Assembly: GCF_048593235.1 (NCBI RefSeq)
Contig: NC_133617.1
Location: forward strand, 705,168,958-705,232,957
Reading direction: 5' to 3'
DNA: 64,000 nt
From: Sminthopsis crassicaudata
Taxonomy: Eukaryota
The stretch's first letter is position 1. Each line of letters begins with the position of its first letter. A program made the position numbers and the translations under genes. The notes beneath the pieces were generated by a model, which was not told the DNA's origin, made no database searches, and was given only the letters and a program-made list of their open reading frames with translations. Positions 52,410 through 63,797 of the stretch are shown in pieces.

Positions 52410-53075
52410 CTGGAAAATAACTTCTTTAAATAGAGCCCTTATAAGGGAAATATCACCTGGATTTATGGGAAATGGGGTAGGGGTAGGGGATATAGTGGGG
52501 ATGGAGTGTTGCTAAGCAAATTGATATTATTAACCAGAGAAATGTTAAACTACTTAAGAGTAGAGAATTTCATGGCACTATTTACAAATATGAATTTGCC
52601 TATTATGAATTAATTCTTCTCTATTTGTTACAGCACTTGGGAAGATTCTCTAATTTGAACCATAATTGCATTTACTCAATCATATTATATTACTCAGATT
52701 TTTTCTTTAATTCACATAATTTTCTTTCCTCCTTCCCTTCCTGTTTGTCCTTCCCAATTTAAGAGTAATTTTTGAATCTTCATCATACAGGGAATACTAT
52801 ATCTAGGAATCTTGAAGCCAATAACAAAGGAGAAGGAAGAGGTCAATAATGGGGATCCAAGAGTGGACAGAAAGAGAGAAGAGAGGCAAAATAAAAAAAG
52901 ACGAGGAAGAAAAGAGAAAGCAGGCAGAGAAAAATGGAAAGGGAAAAGGTGGAGAAATGAAGAGGATAGGGAAAATGAGATACAAGCAGGTGGAATCAAA
53001 ATTAACTATATAGAAGCCCAAGATTAGTAGCATCAAAATTAAAGTTCCCTCAAATCAACTTAAGAAAAAATAAAT

Positions 53076-54294
53076 GATGGCAGAAATTAGATATGGATCC
53101 ATACTTCACATCATATACCAAGATAAGATCAAAATGGGTCCATGATTTAGGCATAAAGAATGAGATCATAAATAGATTAGAGGAACAGAGGATAGTCTAC
53201 CTCTCAGACCTGTGGAGGAGGAAGGAATTTATGACCAGAAGAGAACTAGAGATCATTATCAATCACAAAATAGAATATTTTGATTACATCAAACTAAAAA
53301 GTTTCTGTACAAACAATACTAATGTAAACAAGATTAGAAAGGAAGTAACAAATTGGGAAAATATTTTTACAGTTAAAGGTTCTGATAAAGGTCTCATTTC
53401 CAAAATATATAGAGAACTGACCCTAAATTATAAAAAATCAAACCATTCTCCAATTGATAAATGGTCAAAGGATATGAACAGACAATTCTCAGAGGAAGAA
53501 ATTGAAATTATATCCACTCATATGAAAGAGTGTTCCAAATCACTACTGATCAGAGAAATGCAAATTAAAACAATTCTGAGATACCACTACACACCTGTCA
53601 GATTGGCTAAGATAACAGGAACACATAATGATGAATGTTGGAGGGGATGTGGGAAAACTGGGACACTGATGCATTGTTGGTGGAGTTGTGAAAGAATCCG
53701 GCCATTCTGGAGAGCTATTTGGAACTATGCCCAAAAAGTTATCAAACTGTGCATACCCTTTGACCCAGCATTGCTGCTATTGGGCTTATATCCCAAAGAA
53801 ATACTAAAGAGCGGAAAGGGACCTGCGTGTGCCAAAATGGTTGTGGCAGCTCTTTTCATAGTGGCTAGAAACTGGAATATGAATGGATGTCCATCAATTG
53901 GAGAATGGTTGGGTAAATTATGGTATATGAATGTTATGGAATATTATTGCTCTGTAAGAAATGACCAGCAGGAGGAATACAGAGAGGCTTGGAGAAACTT
54001 ACATCAACTGATGCTGAGTGAAACGAGCAGAACCAGAAGATCGCTGTACACTTCAGCAACAATGCTGTATGAGGATGTATTCTGATGGAAGTGGAAATCT
54101 TCAACATAAAGAAGATCCAACTCACTTCCAGTTGATCAATGATGGACAGAAACAACTACACTCAGAGAAGGAACACTGGGAAGTGAATGTAAATTGTTAG
54201 CACTACTGTCTATCTACCCAGGTTACTTATACCTTCGGAATCTAATACTTAACGTGCAACAAGAAAATTGGATTTACACACATTAAAAAAAAAA
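53076..54294 (+). mobile_element. Young 5'-truncated LINE-1 with a shortened 3' UTR and an A-tail
   Basis: Uninterrupted ORF2 C-terminus; 3' UTR ends at tttacacacatt followed by about 10 A. TSD not resolved. Confidence 0.95.
53093..54085 (+). pseudogene. LINE-1 ORF2p C-terminal fragment (330 aa, cysteine-rich domain; no endonuclease or RT domain)
   Basis: Motifs DYIKLKSFCT, KGLISKIYREL, PIDKWSKDMNRQFS, REMQIKTILRYHYTPVR, zinc knuckle CWRGCGKTGTLMHCWWSC and KLWYMNVMEYY, all collinear with mammalian L1 ORF2p. Confidence 0.97.
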
Positions 54295-54900
54295 GAATAC
54301 ATGAAATGAGGGCAACTCACACCTCCAGGACTGTAGGATATCAATGTCTTTTCTCTTTTCTTAGTGTTTTTCTGCAGCTCTCCCTAGAACTGCAAAGATC
54401 AATTGGACTCCCTGAACTTATTCTTTTCTGCAGTTGTACTCTTTGACTGCCAAGCCTAACTTTCTCCCAAATTGCTATCTGATGAACACAGTGTCTCTTA
54501 TTTGTCAAGTTGATCTGCTACAGAGCCTAAAAGTAGGCCAGAGAAATCCCTCTACCTCCTCTGTATTATTGACAAAGCACAAGGAAAACTGCAAACTCCT
54601 AGAAAAACTGTCTATTCCCATTGCCTCCATCTCTCTACCTCCCATAAATTTCATACTTGCTTGCAAACTAATTTGTGACTTGGAAAGTCATCTAAAATAG
54701 CTTTCTTCAAAATTATCACTGATAAATTCAAATCCCACTCAGATATTTACTTAGTTTTGTGATGTGGGGCACATTGCTTAATCTTACTGAGCTTCAGTTT
54801 CCTCATCTGTAAAATAGTCATAATAAACAGTACCTTTCTTACAGGATTATTGTGAGGGGAAAGAAAAAAGAAATGATATCAGAGCCTTGTATACCAGATC

Positions 54901-55244
54901 TGTAAAGGGCTGAAACTCTTGAGTCAATGCACTGAGGTGGACAATCAAGCATTTGATGCTAATTACCTATTGGACAATACTCTATAAGAATATGCTTGGA
55001 AAATGGCCCTTCCCACTATCCTGTGCTGGCCCAATCCTTTGGTGTATACAGAGAATTGTGGGAGGGACTAGGAGGTGGAGTGAGAGTAGCCAGAGTCACT
55101 CTGGGCAGGAGACAAAGAGGTGAGGTCACAGAGATCCTGCGTGCATCTCCTTCACCTCTACTGCTAAAGACCAAGAATAAAGATTTTTGCTTCTCCTGAC
55201 TCTGGCTGATTCTAAGGTATCCAGGATGCTAATGGGTCATCACA
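54901..55244 (+). mobile_element. Solo endogenous-retrovirus LTR (344 bp) with a 6-bp TSD
   Basis: Starts TG(TAAAGGG) and ends (CATCA)CA; CAGATC at 54895-54900 and 55245-55250; AATAAA at 55176-55181; TGAGTCA at 54920. Confidence 0.9.
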
Positions 55245-56179
55245 CAGATCCTGAGCACAAGTCCCTAGGGAAAAAATAGATCACAGGAGACAGCTCCATG
55301 AGAGAAATATTGACTCAGTGACACTTCACGCCGCTGGGGATTTGTCAAGCTACGAAGTGAGTAAGAACAGTGGGAAAAGGACCATCTACAAGTAGCTCAC
55401 CTGAAGCATGGTCATCTTATCATAATGGAATGTTCTAACTAATCAGGCATAATGGTCAGTTGTTCCTGAACTGGTAAAAGAATAATATTAATCAATCAAG
55501 CCTTTTCTTAAGTGCCTCAGCTGTGCGAGGAAGTGTGCTAGGTATTGGGAACAAGAAGAGAAAAAGGAATACTGCTTGCCTTCAATGAACTTATGGTCTA
55601 CCTCTCTAGCTTTCCAAGACCTAGGACAAAGTCTAGGTCACCTTTTTCCAGACACAACTTCAGGAAAAAAGAATAAAAATAGTAGAGAGGGAAATAATTT
55701 TGGATATTTGGAATCAGTGATCTCAAAGAAACACCAGGAGGAAAATACAATCTTTTTTGATTTGATGAACTTTTTTGTTCATCTTAATGTAGTTCATTCT
55801 GAATTGAACTTAACTAGGTTTATTGGATCAGTCCTGTGCTAAAAGCTTATCAGCAAGCCCACAGCAGGGAGAGGATTTCTAACCACTACACCTAGCAGAT
55901 GGAAGTAGAGAACAACAGATTGCCTTGAATGACAAGCTTAGAAGATGGTAACAGGGAGCAACTTGGCAAGCAAGAGACCAAGTAGAGTAGAGGTGTGTGG
56001 TAGTAGAGGTGTGTTGCCCAGAAGAGAATAACTAAGAGTAATTCAATTATTTACACACAGTAATTGGGCAGTGTTGAAGGTGTTTGCTGCCCTGATCACA
56101 CATGTACTTTAGATTCAATATCTTTACATGGACTCATCCCATATGTCCTGGACACTTTCATACCTAACATGTATACTCT

Positions 56180-56330
56180 CTCTTAATAGTATTTTATTTT
56201 TTCCAATTTCATGTAAAGATAATTTTTAACATTCACTTTTATTAGGTTGAGTTCCAAATTTTTTTCTCTCCCATCTCTCTCTCCTTTCCACAAGATGGCA
56301 AGCAATCTGATATAGGTTATACACCTAATA
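56180..56330 (-). mobile_element. L1 3'-terminal fragment (antisense)
   Basis: ttaatagtattttattttttccaatttcatgtaaagataatttttaacattc...ccaaatttttttctctccc...agatggcaagcaatctgatataggttata. Confidence 0.75.
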
Positions 56331-56849
56331 CATATACTTTAAAAACATGTATTCTATCCACATAGGCTCCTGTTATGTTCTACTTCATACATGTTTCAAG
56401 GATAGAGGTAGAAGGAGCTTCCATGGATATTCCCTAGTCATATGTATTCTCTGCATCTGTGCCCTATCACTGATGCTGCGGTAGCTTAAGGGAAAGTGGC
56501 CCCATGTGTGCAGAGTGTGGAAGAGAATTGTTCCTTATTTCCTGTCTTTGTCACATTGATTCAATTTCTCATTTTGAATTCATGCTTTTCTGAATAAGTC
56601 AGCATAAGTAATAACATAGGAGCAATAATTCTGATTGGGTGCTGACACATGGGGCCTCAGACAAGTAGTAGTTATTTTGCTACCCATGAATGACAAAGTT
56701 CCCAAAATGTTACATTTAAACCACTATAAAAATTTGTTATTATTCCAGTACTTTGTACAACTTCTATAATGTTTATTATTCTGCTTTGTATTAAATGAAT
56801 TTAAAGACTTGTTCTACTTTCCCTGATTAGAGAATAAGCTTCTTGAGGA

Positions 56850-57083
56850 GTTGTTGAATCACATCTAACTCTCTGTGTATCCCCACTTGGAGTTTTCTTG
56901 GCAAAGATACTGAAGTGATTTGCCATTTTCTTCTCCAGACCATTTTACAGATGAGGAAACTGAGACAAACAGGGTTAAGTGATTGGGTGACTTGTCCAGG
57001 GTCACACAGCTCGGAAGTATGAAACCAAATTTGAACTCAGCAAGATATCTTTCTGACTCCAGGCTCAAGCCACATAGCTGCCC
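56850..57083 (-). mobile_element. Mar1-type CORE-SINE
   Basis: gttgttgaatc...gagttttcttggcaaagatactgaagtgatttgccattttcttctccag...ttttacagatgaggaaactgag. Confidence 0.85.
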
Positions 57084-58789
57084 ACTTAGACTATATAATA
57101 GATACCAGAAGTAAAGTAACTCAGAAGAAACATGAGTTGTGTATAGTTGAAGAATCTATCCCAAAGAACAGGAAGAGGAGTAGTGGGGCTTTTAAGACCA
57201 ACTTCTTCAGGTAATATTTTTGTTCCTGTCAATTTTCCATGGAATTCCAAGATTAAAGTCACACTCTTGACATGGTTTTCCATCAGCCATCACTATTGGC
57301 TTCCTCTGGTTCTTTTAACCAAAAGCGAAGTCTCATTGTCACTGTACCATCTGCCACACACCAATTAAAAGGCAGAAATATTTACTTTCAGTAGATCTGA
57401 AATATTCAAACTGCCATGTACTGAACAGTCACTGGGTCACCCTACCCCCCAAAAAACCTGTCCCTTTCCAGGGCTATAGGGGGAGGGAAATTCAAAGCAA
57501 GAGTCAGCCTTTTCTTTTCCTATTCCCTAATGTCACGAGGGATATGTGACCAGAAAAGAAGGTGGGCAAATCACAAAGTAAGGTCAAAGGATAACAAAAG
57601 GACAACTTATGAATTCCATTCATATTCAAACAATGCCAGGAGACCTAGAAGAAGGCTCCAGGCATGTTGGCTAATCCCCCAGGAAGAAATTCTTGAAAGA
57701 TGTAAACAAGTCGATGTTATATAGCTAGAGATTGATCTCTACCATTGGATAGAGCACCTCATTAATGAAATCACAGAACTATCCAAAAAGCAATCAGTTC
57801 TAATTTCATATATAGATCAGACAGCACAGGGCTATATGTGGGGATCCATAGAGAACAAGAGAGTTTACAACTGGAAAAGACCTTAGAGATCCTCTAGTTA
57901 AACCCTCTCTTACAGTTGTACAAATGAGGAATTTGAATTTAGGAAAGATTAAATGACCTGGTATAATCAAATAGTCTCTTAAGAAGTAGAACTGTATTCA
58001 AAGTCAAGGACTCTGATTCAAAATATAGTGCTTAGGTTAGGGAAAAGAGAGATTATAATAGACTAGAGGCACCAAGGAAATGGTGAACCCTTTAGAGACA
58101 ATAACTGAAATCACAGGATGTTTCTTAGGATGGAAATGGAGGCTGATCATAGGACTTTGGAACCCCCCCAAAATTGACAGCAACTTAATGAAGCAGGGAT
58201 GGTTTTCCATCTCCCTTCCTCCAAAAAAAGTCTATAGTCCCTGGAAAGAGTAAAAGGAATAGAGGAAAAGAGAAAACCAATCATGTATTTGCTGGCTATG
58301 TGGGTGGCAACTCTATGATTGATAAAGATAATACAATTCCTACTTTAGTGAATCTTCAAGTCTAGTTGAAGAGACAGAACTAAAATACATGGATTAGTAA
58401 ATAACACAGAGTTCTATACAAATAATTCAGTGTGACATTGTTTAACCAGCACTATAAGGCAAGAATCTCAAATATATCCTTGAATGAGGATTTATAGAAA
58501 GTAGTTTTGAAAGGAGTATGAGGTCAACTAGTACAACTAGTTTGTTGTGTTTTCCACTCTCCAGAAGTCTTGAGATCACCAGTGATAGGTGATGCTGAAA
58601 ATAAAATATCTTCAAGGATCAGGGAAGGGTTATCTCTTGCTGGCTGCAGTGCCCCATTTCTCATTTCTCACTTCTAAGATTCCCAGCAAAGAAAGAGCTC
58701 AAACAGAAGCAACTAGATGAACTGGGAAGATTTCAAAATCCACTTGTGGACCCTGATGAAATTTCTTGTGGCCTCTTCTTACAGAGAAG

Positions 58790-58972
58790 GAGTTCTTGAC
58801 CTCCTTTGTGTCATGGGGACCTTTGACCATCTGGTGAAGCCTGAAAACCTTCCCTCAGAATCATGTTTTTAAATGCATAAATACATCAGATATATTGTAT
58901 TATATAACACTAAATTAATAAAAGTATCCCAAAAAGTTTAATTTTATGGACTAAGGTTAAAACCCCCTTTGT
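58790..58972. mobile_element. MER5-like hAT-Charlie MITE remnant
   Basis: ggagttcttgacc...tctggtgaagcct...tcagaatcatgtttttaaatgcata...aggttaaaacccc. Confidence 0.6.
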
Positions 58973-59249
58973 AGCACATTTAGAAATCAAGGAGGTTAGG
59001 CATAATTAAAAAAAAAAAAAAAGACCATGTAGAAAGTAGAATCCAAATAAGTAAAAGCAATTACATAGAATCAAAGTCCTTTGGTCCAAAACCCTCATTT
59101 TTCTGATAAGAAAATCAAGAATTATTGATAAGAAATCACTGTCCAGTCCCACATATAGTAATAGCACCAAGATTTGAACCCAGATTCTCTGATTCCAAAC
59201 ACAGTGACCTTTCCACCACATCATGCTGGTAGGAAGAGGGAGATGCATT

Positions 59250-59990
59250 CCACACATTGTTGGAGGACCTATAAATTACGCAACATTACTGCAATACAAT
59301 TTGGAATTTTGCAAATAAAATAGCTAAAATGTCTATACACTTTGACCCATTGATTTCTACCACTAGGAATATACACCAAACAAAATCACTGTCCAAAAAA
59401 AAAAAAAAGATCCTCTATAGGCCAAAGTAGCATATCAAATTTAAAGTATATTTATAGCAACAGTTCTGTGGTAGCAAAGAGTTTAAAACAGAGTAGATGC
59501 CCATTGAATGGGGAATGAAAAAATTGTGGTATGTGAAGGCAATGGGATATTACTGTGCTTTAAGAAATTATAAATATGATGGGTACAGAAAAGCACAGGC
59601 TTAAATGAAATGATTAACAATGAATTAAATACATCCTAGAGAGCAACACACAACACACATGACTACAAGAAAAAACAATCACAAACCAATAAAAAGTGAA
59701 TGTTGCAAAATTACAAAGAAGTATCAGGTCTCAAAGAACAGATAGGAGATGATATCCCCCCCCTCTCTGCTTTGCTGAGATTAGGAGTCCATGAGTATAG
59801 AAAACTGCATTACTTTTATAATTTTTTCTGTGAATTGATTGGTTTGGTAGATTTTTCTCCTTTCTTTTTGTACCTGAAAAAAATTTCTTTATTATATATA
59901 ATGGCTTTCTGGGAGAGGAGACGAGAAAGGATGCAAGGGAAATTTCAGGTGATGTAAAAGCAAAGATATTGATTTTTAAAATGAACTTTT
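59250..59990 (+). mobile_element. Old L1 3' fragment
   Basis: cacattgttgg...tatacactttgaccca...tttatagcaacagttctgtggtagcaaag...aaaattgtggtatgtg; degenerate homologue of 53670-54000. Confidence 0.7.
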
Positions 59991-61094
59991 AAAAAGGAAG
60001 AAAGAAGGCCAAAAAAGAAGAAATAAAAAAAGAAAAGAAGAATAAGAAATACAGAAGATAGCACCTCCTTCTCCTCTGCAGAGCTATGTATGGGGTAGGA
60101 GGCCAAGGAAGTTCTATAGATATGAAGAATTTCATATAAAGTTAAATTTTTCCAATGTACAGATTGGTTTATTGATTTTTCCCTCTTATTCCTTTTTTCT
60201 TTAATCCTTTATTATATGGGATGATTCTGGAAAGGAGAGGAGAAGGATTGGTGAGAGGGGATTGAACTAGTAATATAAAAGCATTCCAAGGAAAGGCAAC
60301 AAAATGAAGAGACTTCTGGCATGCCTTAGTATAGTTAGCCTAGAATAGTGGGGAACCCAAAAGGATGGAATAAAATCGTGTCCCTATTATGGAGTCTCCA
60401 GGCCAGGAGCACAGTACTCACCTATGACAGGCTTTCCAAGGGTAAAAATAGAGTCATGCTTCCAGTTTTACATTTGACATAAAAGGAACATGTGAAAGAT
60501 AATGCTGGGCACTTACTGTACTTTTTCCACACATATGACTTAATCTTCTAAGGTCAAGCCAACCAGTGGGAAGCAAAAAGCCAAGAAGTATCAGGGACAA
60601 CCCTGGAAAGGAAGGCAGGAAACTACTAGGGATTCTAGTCCAGTTCTGCCAATGACTGGCCATGTAACCTTGAATAAGTCACATTTTCCCTTCTGTAAAT
60701 GAAAGGTTCAATGGGCTAATCCCTAAGGCTTCTCTCACTCTGAAATTCTATGATTCTGATGGAACAGCACTCAGGAGCAGATGCCACAGAGATGTGACTC
60801 AGGTCTCCATAAAAATGTTCCAGGAACCCTACTATGCACCAAGCAGAGAGAAGTAGGAAAAGGGCCTGTCCTTCTGTTCTTCATAAAACTACCCTACTGT
60901 GCTTATGTCCTGATGGAGGGCAAGCCACTGTCTATTTAAGGCAAAGGGGGTAATCACACCCACAGTAGCTCAGGTAGGGGAAGAGCTGTTGATTTGGCAC
61001 AGGCTCCAAAGATCCAAAGCTACTGCAGTATCCTCCTCTTAGGCTGCGGAATCCCAAGTCCCCACAGCCCTAGATAGAAATAACAAAAAGGAAT

Positions 61095-61266
61095 CCTTCT
61101 TTCCTCTTTCTTTTTTCCTTTTTTTCTTTCCTTTCCCCCCCCTCTTTCTTCATCCCTTCCTTCCTCTTTTCTTTCTTTACTCCTCTTTCCTTCTTTTCTT
61201 CCTTTCCTTCTTTTTTCTCTTTCTTCCTTCTTTTCCATTTATTCCTTCTTTTACTTCTCTTCCTTT
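61095..61266. repeat. Polypyrimidine/polypurine low-complexity tract
   Basis: About 170 bp that is almost entirely C/T on the + strand. Confidence 0.95.
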
Positions 61267-61599
61267 GTGGCTCTTTCCACTAAAACCTAATCAATTTAAG
61301 TGGCTAAAAATAGCATTTCAAATTTGGAGCTTTGGGTTTTTTCTTTTGTTTTGTTCATTGAAGTAGAACCAAATGTAAACACAGTGTAGAGAAATTTGGA
61401 CTAATCAGTACTGGCTTGCCAAGGTGCTCCCTTAATTAATCCCTTTTATAATTCATGTCAGAATCTTTTTCTAGATGTGAAAGTCATGGCAGCTGCTTCC
61501 TTATCTTAGCTGACACTATCCAAGAGCTGGTATCTTTAATCAATGCATCATCATAGAAAAATCTTTCCTTGATTCTGCCACTCCTTAACTTATCCATTT

Positions 61600-62020
61600 C
61601 TCTATCTGTCTTTTTCTGACTTTGCATTTTTGTGTATCTTTATCTCTGTCTCTCTCCATATCACTCTTTCTCTGTGTGTCTTCTGCCTGTCTTTCTCTCC
61701 TATCTCCCCTGTCCTCTTCCCCCTCACCCTCCATCTCCTCTTTCTTCTCTCTCTATGTCTCTATCTGTCCATTCATCTCTTTTTCTCTCTTTATCTCTTT
61801 CTCTCCTATTTCCCATGACCTCTCCCTCTTCTCTTCCTCCCTTCCTCCCTTCTTCTTTGTCTCTCCATCTCTCCCTCTTTGTGTTTCTTTGTCTTTGTCT
61901 CTCCCTCTTTCTCTGTCTGTCTCCGTGTATGTCTGTCTCTATCTCTCTGTTTCTATGTATCTGTCTTCCTGTCTCTCTCTCTAGCTGAGTCTCTGTCTTT
62001 GTCTCTCTGTATGTCTCTCT
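61600..62020. repeat. CT/CTGT-rich low-complexity tract
   Basis: Read directly; it accounts for the ORFs between 61622 and 62077. Confidence 0.92.
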
Positions 62021-62024
62021 TCCC

Positions 62025-62590
62025 TTGTGTCCTTTTCTAATTATTCTCCTCCTGCCTAAAACTTGCATATCTCCCAAGGTTTCACATTTTGCTCTCTTGT
62101 CTTATGTAACAACTATCTCTTCCTTATCAGCCCCTTCAATATCCCCATAACTTCAAGCCTTAAAAATAACCCCCATATCTAAATAGTCAACTCTGGTATC
62201 TCTCTTAAGCCCAATTCTCATACTACCATCACTTACTAGGAGTCTTCACCTAGCTGTCTGCCTCAAACATAACTGATATTCTTGCTCCCCAATTTGAACT
62301 TCCTCTCAGTTTTCTTTTTTCAGTCAATGATATGACAATCCTCCCAGAACCCATGTCTAAAATCTTGGCTTTCTTTTCTCTTATTTCCCATATCTAATCA
62401 GTTGTCAAGTCCTTGTTGCTTAAATACACATAAAATAGCTTTATCTGTCCTTTCCTTTCCATTCCCAGGGCAGCTACACTGCACAAGGATTTCATTACCT
62501 TTCCTCTAAACTACTGCAAAATAAAAGGTTCTTACATGATTTTCCTGCCCCCAGTCTTTCTCACTCCAATTCATTTTTCACAACATTGCC
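62025..62590 (+). mobile_element. L2 remnant (pyrimidine-rich strand)
   Basis: cctcaaacataactga...tcagtcaatgatatgacaatcctcccag...cccatatctaatcagttgtcaagtcc...tttcattacctttcctctaaactactgca. Confidence 0.6.
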
Positions 62591-62775
62591 CATATGTGCT
62601 TATAAAAGCAATGCTCTAAGCAGCTAGGTATCACAGTGGATGGAGAGCTGGACCTGGGAGTTAAGAAAATCTGAGAACATCATCTTTTACTCAGAGAACT
62701 CCAGGGTGTCCTCAATTCTTACTGAAGAAAAAGATGTATGCTCCAGGATATTCAAGATACAGTTACAACTTCTAG

Positions 62776-62919
62776 TTGTGTCCTTTTCTAATTATTCTCC
62801 TCCTAGCTAAAACTTGCATATTTCCCAAGGTTCTACATTTTGTTCTCTTGTCTTCTGTAACAACTATCTCTTCCTTATCAATCCCTTACGTTTCCTCATA
62901 ACTTCAGTCCTTAAAAATA
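62776..62919 (+). repeat. Second copy of a 144-bp direct duplication of 62025-62168
   Basis: Ungapped alignment with 16 mismatches by hand count (about 89% identity); offset 751 bp. Confidence 0.93.
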
Positions 62920-63797
62920 TATATACATACATACATATATGCTTAAATGGATTCTATCCACTTAAAATTTCATATTACTCTGGCCTGATCTTTGTGCCCT
63001 TGTTTCCATGGTCTCCACCAAATAAAATGAAATCCTTACCTTTCTCCTCCACCTTCACCCCAGTGGAATCCATTCCATCAAAGGCTCACGTAGAGGGGAA
63101 TCACCCCACCTACTGAGTTGCCTTTCCATCTGATATTCCTGATTTGAATCGAATCCTATCACCTGAAAATTTCCCATAGCCCATAACAAGAACCTCTCTG
63201 TTGTGTTCACCATATCCTGCCTTTTTCCTTATGAAGTATCTGATACATAGGCCCAATAAATGTTTATTGACTGACTCATTACACATTTCATTATCTTCCT
63301 GATCTCATGGTCCTCTTCAAGAATGAATTCTCTGGGAGTTACCTCATTGGGAACTCAACTGGAACTGGCCAGTTGGATAACACAGATCCTTCTTTTTTTC
63401 CTTCCTTCTTTCTTTCTTTCTTTTTCTTCCTTTCTGCCTTTCTCTTTCCTTCTTTCTCTGGAGTCACAAGGCCTGGGTTCAAATCATCCTAACTTTTGTT
63501 CAAAATGCTAAATTGGAAGACAAAGAATATGGGTTAGAATCCTGGATCTTTCACTAATTAAGTGATCTTGAGCAAGTCTCTTTGTCTCCATAAGCTATTT
63601 GATTTCCTCATCTTTAAAATGAGAGAGTCGGGCTTAATGTCCTCAGAGACCCCTCCCAGTTTTCCACCTATGTTCCTAGGATCCCAAGGACAAATCCATG
63701 TTCAGTTCTCTGTGATGAAAGGTCTGATACATTACAGGCCAAGTGCTGACCACAGAAAAGAGCATGGCAGGAGGTACCAGCCTTGCCTCATGGGGTC

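Noticed and set aside
52712-53036. Hydrophobic and charged ORFs of 71-95 aa
   Set aside because: Purine-rich low-complexity tract; composition artefact.
56504-56596. CAECGR zinc-finger-like motif
   Set aside because: C2H2 spacing of F, L and H residues is wrong, there is no TGEKP linker and no tandem fingers.
61622-62077. ORFs of about 120 aa
   Set aside because: CT-rich low-complexity sequence lacks stop codons by composition.
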